Notes: generated by a model not told the origin, from the sequence alone. DNA of 64,000 nt from Deltaproteobacteria bacterium (GCA_002719955.1 PBFW01000020.1:9651-73650); one strand, 5' to 3'; shown: positions 34,718-45,547, numbered from the stretch's first letter. Numbers and translations: made by a program.

Positions 34718-35598
34718 TCGACCCCGATATCCGGCGGCGCGAGGCCGTTGCGGACGAGCAGGACCTCGGGGCCCTCACGATGCAGCGGCATTCGGTGTCC
34801 CAGATACTGTCCGTTCTTGGCGTCGAACCAGAACGAGAAGCTCGGGAGGAGTCGGCTCGCCAGCCAGGCGACGACCTCCCCGAAGTCGGGTCTATATTCG
34901 ATTTCGACGACGTCTCTCCCGTCGCGGCGAACCTTGTTGCCTCGGACCGCGATCATCTGGTGCAGCATCGGACCGGGGGCGCAGGTGGCGATCTGGAAAC
35001 GCAGACTGTCGACCTCGTTCCGGACCAAGGGCATGAAGAGCAGCTGCATCGGGACGTTGACCACGCGGTCTTCGCCCGGGATGTAGACGTGTTGTCCGGC
35101 GGAAGAGGCCTGGTCCGCGGGGTAGCAGCTCACCCGTCCGATGCGGTGGTCGATGAAGAGCAGAGGAAATGAAATGCCCTCGGCGGTCGTTGCTTGAGAG
35201 CGTTCCTCGACGATTCGCAGGGCGATCTCGCCGGTCGCCGCTCCGGCGGCTTCGATCGGAGTGAGGATCGCCTGGGAGAGATTGGTTCCGCCACCCTCGA
35301 TGACCATCGCGACCCGCATTCGCCGGAGGCCGCTCGCCTCGGCTTCGATTTCGAGAGAGGATTGGCCGACGATCTCTCCGCGCTCGTCGAAAGTGGTGGC
35401 GCCGATCGTTTCGAGCACGCGTGGCGCCAGCAGCATGACCATCGACTCGGCCCGGCTCGCGGCCGGGGCGAAGAACAACAGGCCAATCGATAAGACCGAG
35501 AGGGTACGACCGAGCGCGGTCGATCGTCGTTGATCGCGGATGGACCGATCCGCGTCGGCCGAGGGACGAGCGAATCGGTCGGGTTGGGGCGCGGGCAT
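34714..35598 (-). CDS. hypothetical secreted protein
   Basis: In ORF 34714..35823. ATG 35598 gives ...RRSTALGRTLSVLSIGLLFFAPAASRAES (signal-like). The body is protein-like (…RMRVAMVIEGGGTNLSQAILTPIE…FPLLFIDHRIGRVSCYPAD…FQIATCAPGPMLHQMIAVRGNKV…). No family is recognised. Confidence 0.6.
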   Translation of the reverse strand: MPAPQPDRFARPSADADRSIRDQRRSTALGRTLSVLSIGLLFFAPAASRAESMVMLLAPRVLETIGATTFDERGEIVGQSSLEIEAEASGLRRMRVAMVIEGGGTNLSQAILTPIEAAGAATGEIALRIVEERSQATTAEGISFPLLFIDHRIGRVSCYPADQASSAGQHVYIPGEDRVVNVPMQLLFMPLVRNEVDSLRFQIATCAPGPMLHQMIAVRGNKVRRDGRDVVEIEYRPDFGEVVAWLASRLLPSFSFWFDAKNGQYLGHRMPLHREGPEVLLVRNGLAPPDIGVD

Positions 35599-35822
35599 CG
35601 CGCGAGGATACCGAATGCGATCATCGAATGGATCGAGGTCCGTTCGGGGCCTTCCCCGGCCCTCCGCGCTTGCGTGCCCACCGGCCGAAGGTCCGGACTC
35701 GCGAACGAACAGGAAAAGACGCCTGGCCGCCTCTGACACCGCCCTCCGTCGCCGCGGCGGGCCGCGATCCGCCCTTCGATCGGTCCATGGATTCATCGGA
35801 TCGTGCGGCCGCTCGTCGTCCA

Positions 35823-37349
35823 TCAGGGGTATCGCTCGAGCAGGTAGGTGGCGAGCGCGCGCCGCTCTGCCCGCGGCAGGTGGACGACCGGCATCGGCGG
35901 GGTCGGCGTCTGGAAAAAGGTCACGAGCGAATCGATGTCGAAGCGCGAGGTGAGCGCGTCGAGTGGTTTGAGGGCGCTGCCGGTCTCCACCGGATCCGTC
36001 CGATGGCAGCTGGTGCAGGCATTGTCTTCAAAGAGGGTCTCGCCGCGCGCGACGAGGCGGGCTCGCTCCTCGGGGTCGAGCGAGGCCAGCGGATCCGCGG
36101 CGGGCTGGGTGGCCCCGGGCGGGGGGCGCAGGCGGCGCTCGACGTTGCCGCGGGCATCCTTGCCGATCCGCACGCGGTAGATCGCGCCGGCATAATCGTC
36201 GCTCACGTAGATCGATCCATCGGGACCCTCCGCGACATCGACCGGTCGGCCGATCACGTCCTCCTCGATTTCGAAACCCGTCAGAAAATCGCGTTCAGCG
36301 ATCTGGCCTGCTTCGTCCCAATGGAGCGACACGACCTTGTAGCCGTCGAGGCGTGAGCGGTTCCAGGAACCGTGGAGGGCCACGAGCGCCGCCCCTCGAA
36401 TCGCTTCCGGGGCGTCGGCGCTGCGGATGAAGGTCATGCCGAGAGGGGCGTTGTGGGCTCGGAAGGGGTGGACCGGGGGCGTCGATGTGGCGATGCGCCC
36501 CTCGTGTCCCTCGCCGAAATCGGGGTCTGGGCGGCGGTCACCGTTGGCGTAGGGCCAGCCGTAGAAGGCGCCCCGTTCGATCCGATTGAGTTCGCAGGGG
36601 GGGTCATCGTCGCCCAGCAAATCGCGTCCGTTGTCGGTCGCGTAGAACTCGTTCGTGCCAGGGCGCCAGTCGAAGCCGACGGAATTCCGGAGCCCGTATG
36701 CATAGATCTCCTCCCCGCTGCCGTCTGGCTCGTAGCGAAGGATGGCCGCCCTGCGAGCGTCCTCTTCCTCGCAGACATTGCAGCTCGACCCGACGTGGAT
36801 GTACATCCCGCCGTCCGCGCCGAAGCGGAGGCTGTGGGACCAGTGGTTTCCACCCTGCGGGATTCCCTCGACGATGCGGATCACCTCACCCTCGACCGCG
36901 AGCGAGTCGGGACCCTTTTCCGAGTAGGCGATCCGTGCGATGGCCGAGCCCTCGCCGATGTAGAGGTGCCCTTCCCGAAAATCAAAGCCGTGGGGCCGGT
37001 CGAGGCCATCGAGCAGGACCCGGTGGCCATCGGAGCGGCCATCGCCGTCCCGGTCGCCGAGGACCAGTCGCAGCTGACCGGAGCGGGGTTGGCTGACGAC
37101 CAGATCGCCGCCGGGGCTGAACCGCATGAAGCGGGCGTTCTCGATTCCCTCGGCGAAGAGGTCGACGCGCAGGCCCGGGAGGGTCCTGAAACGATCTCTC
37201 ACCACCAGTTCCGTTGGGGCACCCACCCCGCGCCCGAGCATCGAGCCGAGCATCGGCCCCCGGATCACCATCCCCCTCGGCCACAGGAGGCTGCATGCAG
37301 CGATCCCGATTAGTCCCAGGAGCGCCGTGATAAGAATGACTCGCCGCAT
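35823..37349 (-). CDS. PQQ-dependent sugar (glucose/sorbosone) dehydrogenase beta-propeller fused to a C-terminal mono-haem cytochrome c domain
   Basis: In ORF 35823..37364. It has a signal/TM segment, MRRVILITALLGLIGIAAC. Signatures: ...DGLDRPHGFDF..., GGNHWSHSLRFGADGGMYIHVGSSCNVCEE, YAYGLRNSVGFDW, FYGWPYANG, GPDGSIYVSDD, then ...GETLFEDNACTSCHRTD (CxxCH). Confidence 0.9.
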   Translation of the reverse strand: MRRVILITALLGLIGIAACSLLWPRGMVIRGPMLGSMLGRGVGAPTELVVRDRFRTLPGLRVDLFAEGIENARFMRFSPGGDLVVSQPRSGQLRLVLGDRDGDGRSDGHRVLLDGLDRPHGFDFREGHLYIGEGSAIARIAYSEKGPDSLAVEGEVIRIVEGIPQGGNHWSHSLRFGADGGMYIHVGSSCNVCEEEDARRAAILRYEPDGSGEEIYAYGLRNSVGFDWRPGTNEFYATDNGRDLLGDDDPPCELNRIERGAFYGWPYANGDRRPDPDFGEGHEGRIATSTPPVHPFRAHNAPLGMTFIRSADAPEAIRGAALVALHGSWNRSRLDGYKVVSLHWDEAGQIAERDFLTGFEIEEDVIGRPVDVAEGPDGSIYVSDDYAGAIYRVRIGKDARGNVERRLRPPPGATQPAADPLASLDPEERARLVARGETLFEDNACTSCHRTDPVETGSALKPLDALTSRFDIDSLVTFFQTPTPPMPVVHLPRAERRALATYLLERYP

Positions 37350-37475
37350 GCTGCCCCCTCGCAAGGGGGCGAGAATAACCTACGCGGAGCACGACACTCA
37401 TCGGGGTTGCGCCGGCCGATCACGCTTCGGGGCCCGCACTCGTGGGTGATATCAGCGTTTTTCCCCGTAGGGACC

Positions 37476-37504
37476 TTGACGAAAGCCGTTGTCTGGCGGA
37501 TACA
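37476..37504 (+). promoter_or_regulatory. possible sigma70-type promoter upstream of the rplX-like gene
   Basis: TTGACG (37476-37481), 17 nt, GATACA (37499-37504), about 100 nt upstream of ATG 37607. The -10 element is weak and this rests on pattern match only. Confidence 0.25.
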
Positions 37505-37606
37505 TAGGCGCTCTTAATGTCAGGCCGCAGCCGCCGGCACGTCCCGTCCCCGAACGGAGACCGAAGCATGGCGCCGGCGAGCGCGGCCCGAAGACAGGTA
37601 TTCAGG

Positions 37607-37942
37607 ATGCAGAAAATTCGAAGAGGCGACCTCGTTCAGGTCGTGAGCGGTGCCGGTGCGGCAAGCGCGACCCAGGGACGTGTGATCGCGGTGGATAGCG
37701 AAAAGGGACGCGTGCGGGTCGAAGGCGTTCGCCTCCAGAAAAGACATCTCCGCCCGGGGCGCAGTGGCGCACGTGAGGGCGGCATCGTGGAAACCGAGGG
37801 TTTTGTCGATACATCGAACGTGATGCTCGTCCATCCCGGAGACAACAAGCCCTCCCGCGTGCGGATCGAAGAGCGCGATGGGAAGCGTGTGCGTGTTTTC
37901 GCGCGCGGTGGCGAGCCGGTTCCGGATCCGGTCGGCGTCTAA
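37607..37942 (+). CDS. rplX: 50S ribosomal protein L24 (KOW domain) or L24 paralogue
   Basis: In ORF 37517..37942; ATG at 37607. MQKIRRGDLVQVVSGAGAASATQGRVIAVDSEKGRVRVEGVRLQKRHLRPGRSGAREGGIVETEGFVDTSNVMLVHPGDNKPSRVRIEERDGKRVRVFARGGEPV follows the L24 pattern (KKGD.V.VI.G..KG..G.V..V......V.VEGVN..KKH.KP....GGI...E.PI..SNV). Confidence 0.85.
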   Translation: MQKIRRGDLVQVVSGAGAASATQGRVIAVDSEKGRVRVEGVRLQKRHLRPGRSGAREGGIVETEGFVDTSNVMLVHPGDNKPSRVRIEERDGKRVRVFARGGEPVPDPVGV

Positions 37943-37987
37943 ATCTCGTTCCGGTCCCGCAAGGGCCGGAAAGAAGGAATTGAGTTC

Positions 37988-38155
37988 ATGGCGAAGAGCA
38001 AGCGCGAACAGATCAAGCTCGAGTCGACGGCGGGAACGGGTCATTTCTACACGACCTCGAAGAACCGCACGAACACTCCGAACAAACTCGAGTTCATGAA
38101 ATACGATCCCGTCGTGCGAAAGCACGTCCTCTACAAAGAGACGAAGCTCAAGTAG
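37988..38155 (+). CDS. rpmG: 50S ribosomal protein L33 (Cys-less form)
   Basis: 55 codons, below the ORF-track size cutoff. [61 protein letters not shown] lies upstream. There are no CxxC zinc motifs. Confidence 0.9.
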   Translation: MAKSKREQIKLESTAGTGHFYTTSKNRTNTPNKLEFMKYDPVVRKHVLYKETKLK

Positions 38156-38343
38156 CGAAGGCGCCGCTCGCGCCGAATCGAGGTGGAGATTCGTTCTGGC
38201 TCCTCGGGCGGGGCTCGCTAACGTGTGGCGGCCACTTCGTAGGGTTCGAGGTGGTTTCGCTCGAAAAATGGATCACTCCAACGATCGAACGCGAATGGGT
38301 TCGGCACCGAATTGAAGTAACAGCAACGAGAGAGGGATTTCGA

Positions 38344-38700
38344 ATGGCCTGGGTGATCACCCGAATGTGTCGAGACTGTGTGGATATGGCATGCGTGGAA
38401 GTGTGTCCCGTCGACTGCATCGTTCAGCACAAGAACAAGGCCGACGCCGCTGGCTACGAGAATCAGCTCTACATCGACCCCGAAGAGTGCATCAACTGCG
38501 GTGTGTGCGAGCCCGAATGTCCGTGGGAAGCGATTTTTGAGGACGAGCAGGTCCCGAGTGTCTTCGAACAGGATACGGCGATCAACGCTAAGATCGTCGA
38601 AGAACGAGACGACTTCGAAGTCCCCGAGCGAGCGGACGTGGAAGTGCCCAGCACGGACCAGATCGCCGCGAACAAAGAGAAATGGGGCTACGCTGGTTAG
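38344..38700 (+). CDS. ferredoxin with two [Fe-S] cluster motifs (7Fe FdxA-like)
   Basis: In ORF 38251..38700; ATG at 38344. [26 protein letters not shown]...[22 protein letters not shown] (CxxCxxxxCxxxCP plus CxxCxxCxxxCP). Confidence 0.9.
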   Translation: MAWVITRMCRDCVDMACVEVCPVDCIVQHKNKADAAGYENQLYIDPEECINCGVCEPECPWEAIFEDEQVPSVFEQDTAINAKIVEERDDFEVPERADVEVPSTDQIAANKEKWGYAG

Positions 38701-38752
38701 CGGGTTCGAACGCGCTCCGCGCGTCTGATCCGGGGCGGCAGAATGATGCGGA

Positions 38753-38782
38753 GGGCCAGCTTCCAGGAGCTGGCCCTTATAT
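38753..38782 (+). terminator. candidate intrinsic terminator after the ferredoxin gene
   Basis: A perfect 9-bp stem GGGCCAGCT/AGCTGGCCC (38753-61 / 38768-76) with a 6-nt loop, followed by TTATAT. It lies between the convergent ferredoxin and aroE genes. Confidence 0.45.
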
Positions 38783-38864
38783 GCGTTCCCACCCCGGGAT
38801 CAACCCTTCCGTGGCGGGGACGCGGAGGCGTTGAGACACTCGGTGTGCCGACGCCGGGACGGTC

Positions 38865-39743
38865 TCAGTGCTGCCCGGCCTGGTCGAAGGCCCGGGCCAT
38901 GGTCTCGGTGGCGGTCAGGATCGCATCGTTGCTCGGGGGGGTGCCGAGCAGGGCGGTCCACAGCCGGAGTTGTTCGACGGCCTGATAGACGAGCATCCAC
39001 TTGCCGCCGACGGCGCGGCCGCCGCGCGCCTCGCAGTCGATCAGGAGCTGTGTTCGCTCGGGGGCATAGACCACGTCGAGGACGATCATGCCTTCGCGGA
39101 GGGCGCCTTTCGGGACCGGGGATCTCATTTCGGAGAGGCCGACGCTCGTCGTGTTGACAACGATTTCCGGGTCGAGGCTGGGCAGGTCGTCGAGTGCACC
39201 GGCGGAAATCGCGCCGAGTTCGTCCACCAGCCGTTCGGCTCGCTCCTGCGTGCGATTCAGGACGAAGACCTCGCAGCCCCGATTCCGCAGCGCGTAGACC
39301 AGGGCACGTGCGGTTCCGCCGGCCCCGAGGACGACGGCGCGCTGGCCCGCGACGGGGGCGACGCGCTCGAGCGCGCGGATCGCACCGATCCAGTCCGTAT
39401 TCGTTCCGACCAGCCGCTCGTCGACCCGTGTCACCGTGTTGATCGCGCCGATCGCGCGCCCCACCGGCTCGACCTCGTCGACGAGATCCATCATCGACTC
39501 CTTGTGCGGGATCGAAACCGCCCATTGCCGAAGTCCACGTTTACGAAATCCAGCGACTGCGCGCGCGAGCTCCTCGGGTGGGATATCGAAGGCCTCGTAA
39601 TGGGCATCGAGTCCGAGCGCCCGGTAGGCCGCGTTGTGCATCGCGGGCGAACGCGTATGCCCGGCCGGATGGAGCACGACCCCGCATTCCAGGCTCGCCC
39701 TCGCCGTCGTCCGGGCAGAAGCGGCGGCGGTTTCGGCGTTCAT
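38865..39743 (-). CDS. aroE: shikimate dehydrogenase
   Basis: In ORF 38865..40043. ATG 39743 overlaps the upstream stop (ATGA). ...VVLHPAGHTRSPAMHNAAYRALGLDAHYEAF...WAVSIPHKESM...AIGAINTV...LVGTNTDWIGAIRAL...RAVVLGAGGTARALVYAL... Confidence 0.9.
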   Translation of the reverse strand: MNAETAAASARTTARASLECGVVLHPAGHTRSPAMHNAAYRALGLDAHYEAFDIPPEELARAVAGFRKRGLRQWAVSIPHKESMMDLVDEVEPVGRAIGAINTVTRVDERLVGTNTDWIGAIRALERVAPVAGQRAVVLGAGGTARALVYALRNRGCEVFVLNRTQERAERLVDELGAISAGALDDLPSLDPEIVVNTTSVGLSEMRSPVPKGALREGMIVLDVVYAPERTQLLIDCEARGGRAVGGKWMLVYQAVEQLRLWTALLGTPPSNDAILTATETMARAFDQAGQH

Positions 39744-40552
39744 GCGCCGGCGCGTTCGAATGCCGCCTGGAGATCCTGCCAGACGGCCCGGCGATTCTCG
39801 GGGGTGTATTTGCGGAGCAGATAGGCGGGGTGCAATGTCGGCATCAGGGGGATGCCCTGATATTCCTGCCAACTGCCCCGCAGTCGGGTGATCGCGACCT
39901 CCCGATCCAGGAGCAAGCTCGCGGCGGGTTTGCCCAGCGTCACGATGACCCGGGGCGCGACCGCACGGATCTGACCATCGAGGAAGGGGCGACACGCGCT
40001 CACTTCCGGAGGCAGCGGGTTTCGGTTTCGCGGGGGGCGGCACTTCACGATGTTGCAGATGTAGACATCGCGGCGGGGCAGGCCGATTCCCTTTTCGATC
40101 ATCTGGGTGAGCAGCTCGCCGGCACGGCCCACGAAGGGCAGCCCCTGGCGGTCCTCGTGTTCGCCCGGCCCCTCACCGATGAACATGAGGCCGGCGTTCG
40201 CATGGCCGTCGCCAAAAACGATCTTCGAGCGTCCCTCGTGCAGCCCACAGCGCTGGCAGTCGCCGAGCTCCGTTCGGACCTCTTCGAGCGTGGGCCGATC
40301 CCCGTTCCACGAGATGGGGCCGCGGGTCCCGGGAACCATTGCCGCGACCCGTGTGACCGGGCTCCTGGGGCTCCTGGGGCTCCTGGGCGTAGTCGGAGCT
40401 GTCGGGGTGGCCGAGGGAAGGGCGGCTGCGGGCCCTTCCAGCCGCTCGAACTCGGTGACGTCTTCCTCGGCGAGTTCGCGCAGGAGCGCTGCCGCGGACG
40501 CGGCGATCGCGCTCGCCACGTCGACTAGTTCCCGTTCTTCGCCGGCGGCCAT
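39740..40552 (-). CDS. uracil-DNA glycosylase, family 4, with an about 90-aa low-complexity N-terminal extension
   Basis: ...CQRCGLHEGRSKIVFGDGHANAGLMFIGEGPGEHEDRQGLPFVGRAGELL...YICNIVKCRPPRNRNP...LHPAYLLR. The N-terminus is Ala/Pro/Ser-rich and contains PRSPRSPRSP. Confidence 0.88.
   Translation of the reverse strand: MAAGEERELVDVASAIAASAAALLRELAEEDVTEFERLEGPAAALPSATPTAPTTPRSPRSPRSPVTRVAAMVPGTRGPISWNGDRPTLEEVRTELGDCQRCGLHEGRSKIVFGDGHANAGLMFIGEGPGEHEDRQGLPFVGRAGELLTQMIEKGIGLPRRDVYICNIVKCRPPRNRNPLPPEVSACRPFLDGQIRAVAPRVIVTLGKPAASLLLDREVAITRLRGSWQEYQGIPLMPTLHPAYLLRKYTPENRRAVWQDLQAAFERAGA
40361..40387. repeat. 3 x 9-bp perfect tandem repeat (GCTCCTGGG), encoding PRSPRSPRS in the UDG N-terminal extension
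   Basis: Read directly: 40361-69, 40370-78 and 40379-87 are identical. Confidence 0.9.
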
Positions 40553-40558
40553 CCCGAA

Positions 40559-42805
40559 CTAACCCGCGTCCGCAACGGGAAGCGGTGATGCCGGTTCACG
40601 CGCGTCGTCGCGTGCGCGCAGGAGACCGAAGGCGGCTTGCAGGTGCGCCCGATCGCCGTGTCGCGAGGGCGTGGGGTGCCGGGTGTCCGTTCCGTCCGGC
40701 CTCCCGGGCCGATGCTCCGGCGTGTGGAACGCCGACGACCCCTCGCGGGTCGCGGCCGCTTCGATCGTCCCGTGACGTTGTGCTTCGATACGCTCTTCGA
40801 CCTCGAACTGGAAGCCGGCATCGTTGGCATCGTCGTGGCAGGTTCCGCAGACCTTGAGGATCACGCAGGAATCACATTTGTCGCCGAGGGAGAGGATGGT
40901 GCCGACGCGCCTTGCGCTCTCGCCGATATGCTCGCTCCCCGGCCCGTGGCACGACTCGCAGCCGACACGTGCGAGATCGGATTGGGCCGAGACGGGGGCA
41001 CCGGGCGGAAATCCGCCGGGGCGGCCATACGCCGTCGTGTGACACTCCAGACAGCCTTCTTCGCCGGCCTGCCCCGTCTTTTCGAGGGTGGCGACCGAAT
41101 GGCCGTGGGGGCTCGCCTGCCAGGTCTTGAATTCCGACTCGTGACAGACCTGACAGGCTTCGGAGCCGACATAGTCGGCTGAGGTGGGGAGGAGGTCTCG
41201 GCTGGGGCCGCCCCCTTCGAGAAGCTGGCTGCGCTCCTCGTTCGAGAGGGATGCGATCCGCTTGTGGGAGACCCGCGGATGGAAGCTGGTGAAGTCGAAG
41301 CCGAGGGAGTGGGTCGGGTTGTGACAGGTCGCACAGACCTGGGCGTAGTCGCGTTTCGAGTCCTCGCCCCTCGGAACGAAATCCGGGCTCAGGTGTGGCC
41401 CGCCTCGGCCGTGGCACGACTCGCAGCCGACGTTCTCGAGATGAGCGGGTCGCCGGCTGAAATCGTAACCGCCCCTCTCCTCGAAGCCGACGACGTGGCA
41501 GCCGATGCAATCCGTTCGTCGATCGGCGGCGTGGGCGACGAGCGTCTCGAAAGCGGTGGCGTGTTTGGTGTACTGCCAGGCCGCATGTTCCTGCTCGTGG
41601 CAGGCCCCGCAAGCATCGTTGCCGCTGAATCCCTTCGCTTCGAGCAACATCGGCGCGGGCGCACCCGCTGCGCGGGACGCGTGCAGGCGCAGCAATCCGC
41701 CGTCGCGCTGCCCGTTCCAGCCCTGACTGCGATGCCGCAGGCGTCCTTCGCTGTCGACCACGGCCACGACGGGGACGCCACCGGTCACGCCCCAGCGGTC
41801 CGTAGCCTTGCCACTCGGGTCGAGGAAGGGATCGAAGAAGTCGAGCCCGAGATCAGCGAGCGACTTGCGGAGCGCGCTGGGCGAGTTCTGGATCGAGACC
41901 GCGACCAGGCGCGGCCGTTGTTCCAGGGGGATCGAGTCCAGAATGCCCTTGATCGCTTCCAGCGCCCTGTGACAGTGCGGACAGGTGTGCAGGAAGAAGA
42001 TCACGATGGCCGCGCGGCCCTGCAATTCTTTCGTCTCGAGCGATTGCCCGGTCGACATCGCGATCACGCCGAGTTCCGGGGCCTGGGGGTAGCCATAGAG
42101 CGCGCCCTTGCCATCCGCGACGGTGGCGGAGAGCCGCAGGCGGCTGCGCAATTCCTTGTCCGCGAAGGCACGCAGATCGCCGTCCTTTGGGAAGCCGGCG
42201 AAGCCGAAGGTCATGTAGCCGTCGGCGTCCACGCCGACCGCGGCGACCGCCGCGTTCAGCCGAAGCAACTGCGTAATCTTTCCGCCGCTATCGTCGATCA
42301 CGGGGAAGTCGAGACCCCCGTCTTTTGCGAAACGGGAGAGCGTGGCTGCATTCGAGCCGACGCCGATCCCGACGACGCGAATATTATGGTCGAGGGCGTC
42401 GGGAACGAGCGCGTTGACCGCGGCGCTCACCGGCGCGGACTCATCGGCCTCGGGGTTGAAGAAGAAGAGCAGGACACGTGCCCCCAGCAGGCTGCTCATC
42501 GAGAGTCGAGTGCCCGCGATGGTCGTACCCTCGAAGGCCGGAACCGGACGCTCATTGGGATTCCGCGCGGCCTTCTCGCCCTTGGCTTTCAGCGCTCGAG
42601 CGCTCGTCGTCGACGATGCCTGAGGGCCGTGATCGTGGGTTTCACCAGTGGCGGTTCCGGGGCTGCTCTCTTTCGTGGTCTCCGCGCGGGTCGCGGCGCC
42701 GGGGGGGGGCGTCTCCTCGCCCGTGCAGGCGATCGCGCCAGAGATCAGAAAACACAGAAGGATCGGGATCGGGAGGCCTCGAATGCCTCGGGTCGGTTTC
42801 GACAT
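40559..42805 (-). CDS. lipoprotein fusing two thioredoxin-fold (TlpA/redoxin-like) domains to an octa-haem c-type cytochrome (cytochrome c554-like multihaem) module
   Basis: 748 aa with the lipobox LLCFLISGAIAC. The first redoxin-like domain lacks CxxC (VLLFFFNPEADESAP). The second carries FFLHTCPHCHRALEA. There are eight CxxCH sites: CGACH, CIGCH, CESCH, CATCH, CQVCH, CLECH, CESCH and CGTCH. Confidence 0.85.
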   Translation of the reverse strand: MSKPTRGIRGLPIPILLCFLISGAIACTGEETPPPGAATRAETTKESSPGTATGETHDHGPQASSTTSARALKAKGEKAARNPNERPVPAFEGTTIAGTRLSMSSLLGARVLLFFFNPEADESAPVSAAVNALVPDALDHNIRVVGIGVGSNAATLSRFAKDGGLDFPVIDDSGGKITQLLRLNAAVAAVGVDADGYMTFGFAGFPKDGDLRAFADKELRSRLRLSATVADGKGALYGYPQAPELGVIAMSTGQSLETKELQGRAAIVIFFLHTCPHCHRALEAIKGILDSIPLEQRPRLVAVSIQNSPSALRKSLADLGLDFFDPFLDPSGKATDRWGVTGGVPVVAVVDSEGRLRHRSQGWNGQRDGGLLRLHASRAAGAPAPMLLEAKGFSGNDACGACHEQEHAAWQYTKHATAFETLVAHAADRRTDCIGCHVVGFEERGGYDFSRRPAHLENVGCESCHGRGGPHLSPDFVPRGEDSKRDYAQVCATCHNPTHSLGFDFTSFHPRVSHKRIASLSNEERSQLLEGGGPSRDLLPTSADYVGSEACQVCHESEFKTWQASPHGHSVATLEKTGQAGEEGCLECHTTAYGRPGGFPPGAPVSAQSDLARVGCESCHGPGSEHIGESARRVGTILSLGDKCDSCVILKVCGTCHDDANDAGFQFEVEERIEAQRHGTIEAAATREGSSAFHTPEHRPGRPDGTDTRHPTPSRHGDRAHLQAAFGLLRARDDAREPASPLPVADAG

Positions 42806-42838
42806 GGCCGGCAGGTTAGCAGGAGCCGGCCCGGGCGG

Positions 42839-43363
42839 TCAGGACTCGTCCTGCTGTCTCACCTTGAGTTCTTCCACCATCGTCTTGAAACCGGTGTTGC
42901 CCGGCTCGAAGGTCAGCGCCATCTGGAGATGCTGGATCGCCCCCCCGAGGTTGCCCGACTTGAGCTCGGTCTCGGCTTTGGCGTGGAATTGACGACCCCG
43001 AGCGGTCGCCCCCCGGCACTCGGCTCTGCGCTGTTGCGCGTGGGCGCTCCTCGCCTCAGCGAGCTGGATGCGCCGTGCATCTCCCTCGGCTCGTTGGGCG
43101 TCATAGACCTTGCGCCGGCGGGTATCGCGCAGGACACAATAGGCTTCGGTGATGCGTTTCGAGATCTGGCCGCATTGCTCCTGCAGGTCTGCGGCGAGCT
43201 GGCGGTTGGCATCCGGGTGGAAGCTGCGTGAGGAGTCGTGAAAGGCCTTGCGGATCTCGCTGCTCGAGGCAGTGGAGCCGATATTCAACAACTGGTAGTA
43301 GTCGAGCTCGTCCATGATTCGAACGAGGGCGGAGATCTCCAGCGGGTCGATCGCAACGCGCAT
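42839..43363 (-). CDS. J-domain (DnaJ-like) protein with a C-terminal TPR-like helix pair
   Basis: 174 aa: ...DYYQLLNIGSTASSSEIRKAFHDSSRSFHPDAN...ITEAYCVLRDTRRRKVYD (HPD motif). It starts 6 nt after the Hsp70 stop. Confidence 0.85.
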   Translation of the reverse strand: MRVAIDPLEISALVRIMDELDYYQLLNIGSTASSSEIRKAFHDSSRSFHPDANRQLAADLQEQCGQISKRITEAYCVLRDTRRRKVYDAQRAEGDARRIQLAEARSAHAQQRRAECRGATARGRQFHAKAETELKSGNLGGAIQHLQMALTFEPGNTGFKTMVEELKVRQQDES

Positions 43364-43369
43364 TCAGGT

Positions 43370-45286
<1,917 letters not shown>

Positions 45287-45547
45287 ACCAAATACTCCTT
45301 GTCGTGCTCCGCCGCGCCCCCCGGTCGGACGAGCCGATCGGCCCGTGGCCCTCTGGCGCACGCTGCACGATCTCGCGATGCCCTTCGGGGGCGGTCCGCG
45401 AGCCGCCTCTACCTTCGGCGTATCGGTCGGGTCGCATTCGGACTGAACCGCTCGGGCCGGTTCCGATGGGTCTCTCGTTGGCCCCTGTGCTACCTCGCCC
45501 AGGATGGCTCTGGGAACCCGCCCGCGCGGGCCGGAGCAGGAGATGCG

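Noticed and set aside
41264-43231. 655-aa plus-strand ORF
   Set aside because: It is antisense to the multihaem/thioredoxin lipoprotein and J-protein genes, which carry clear CxxCH and HPD motifs. It shows no motifs of its own.
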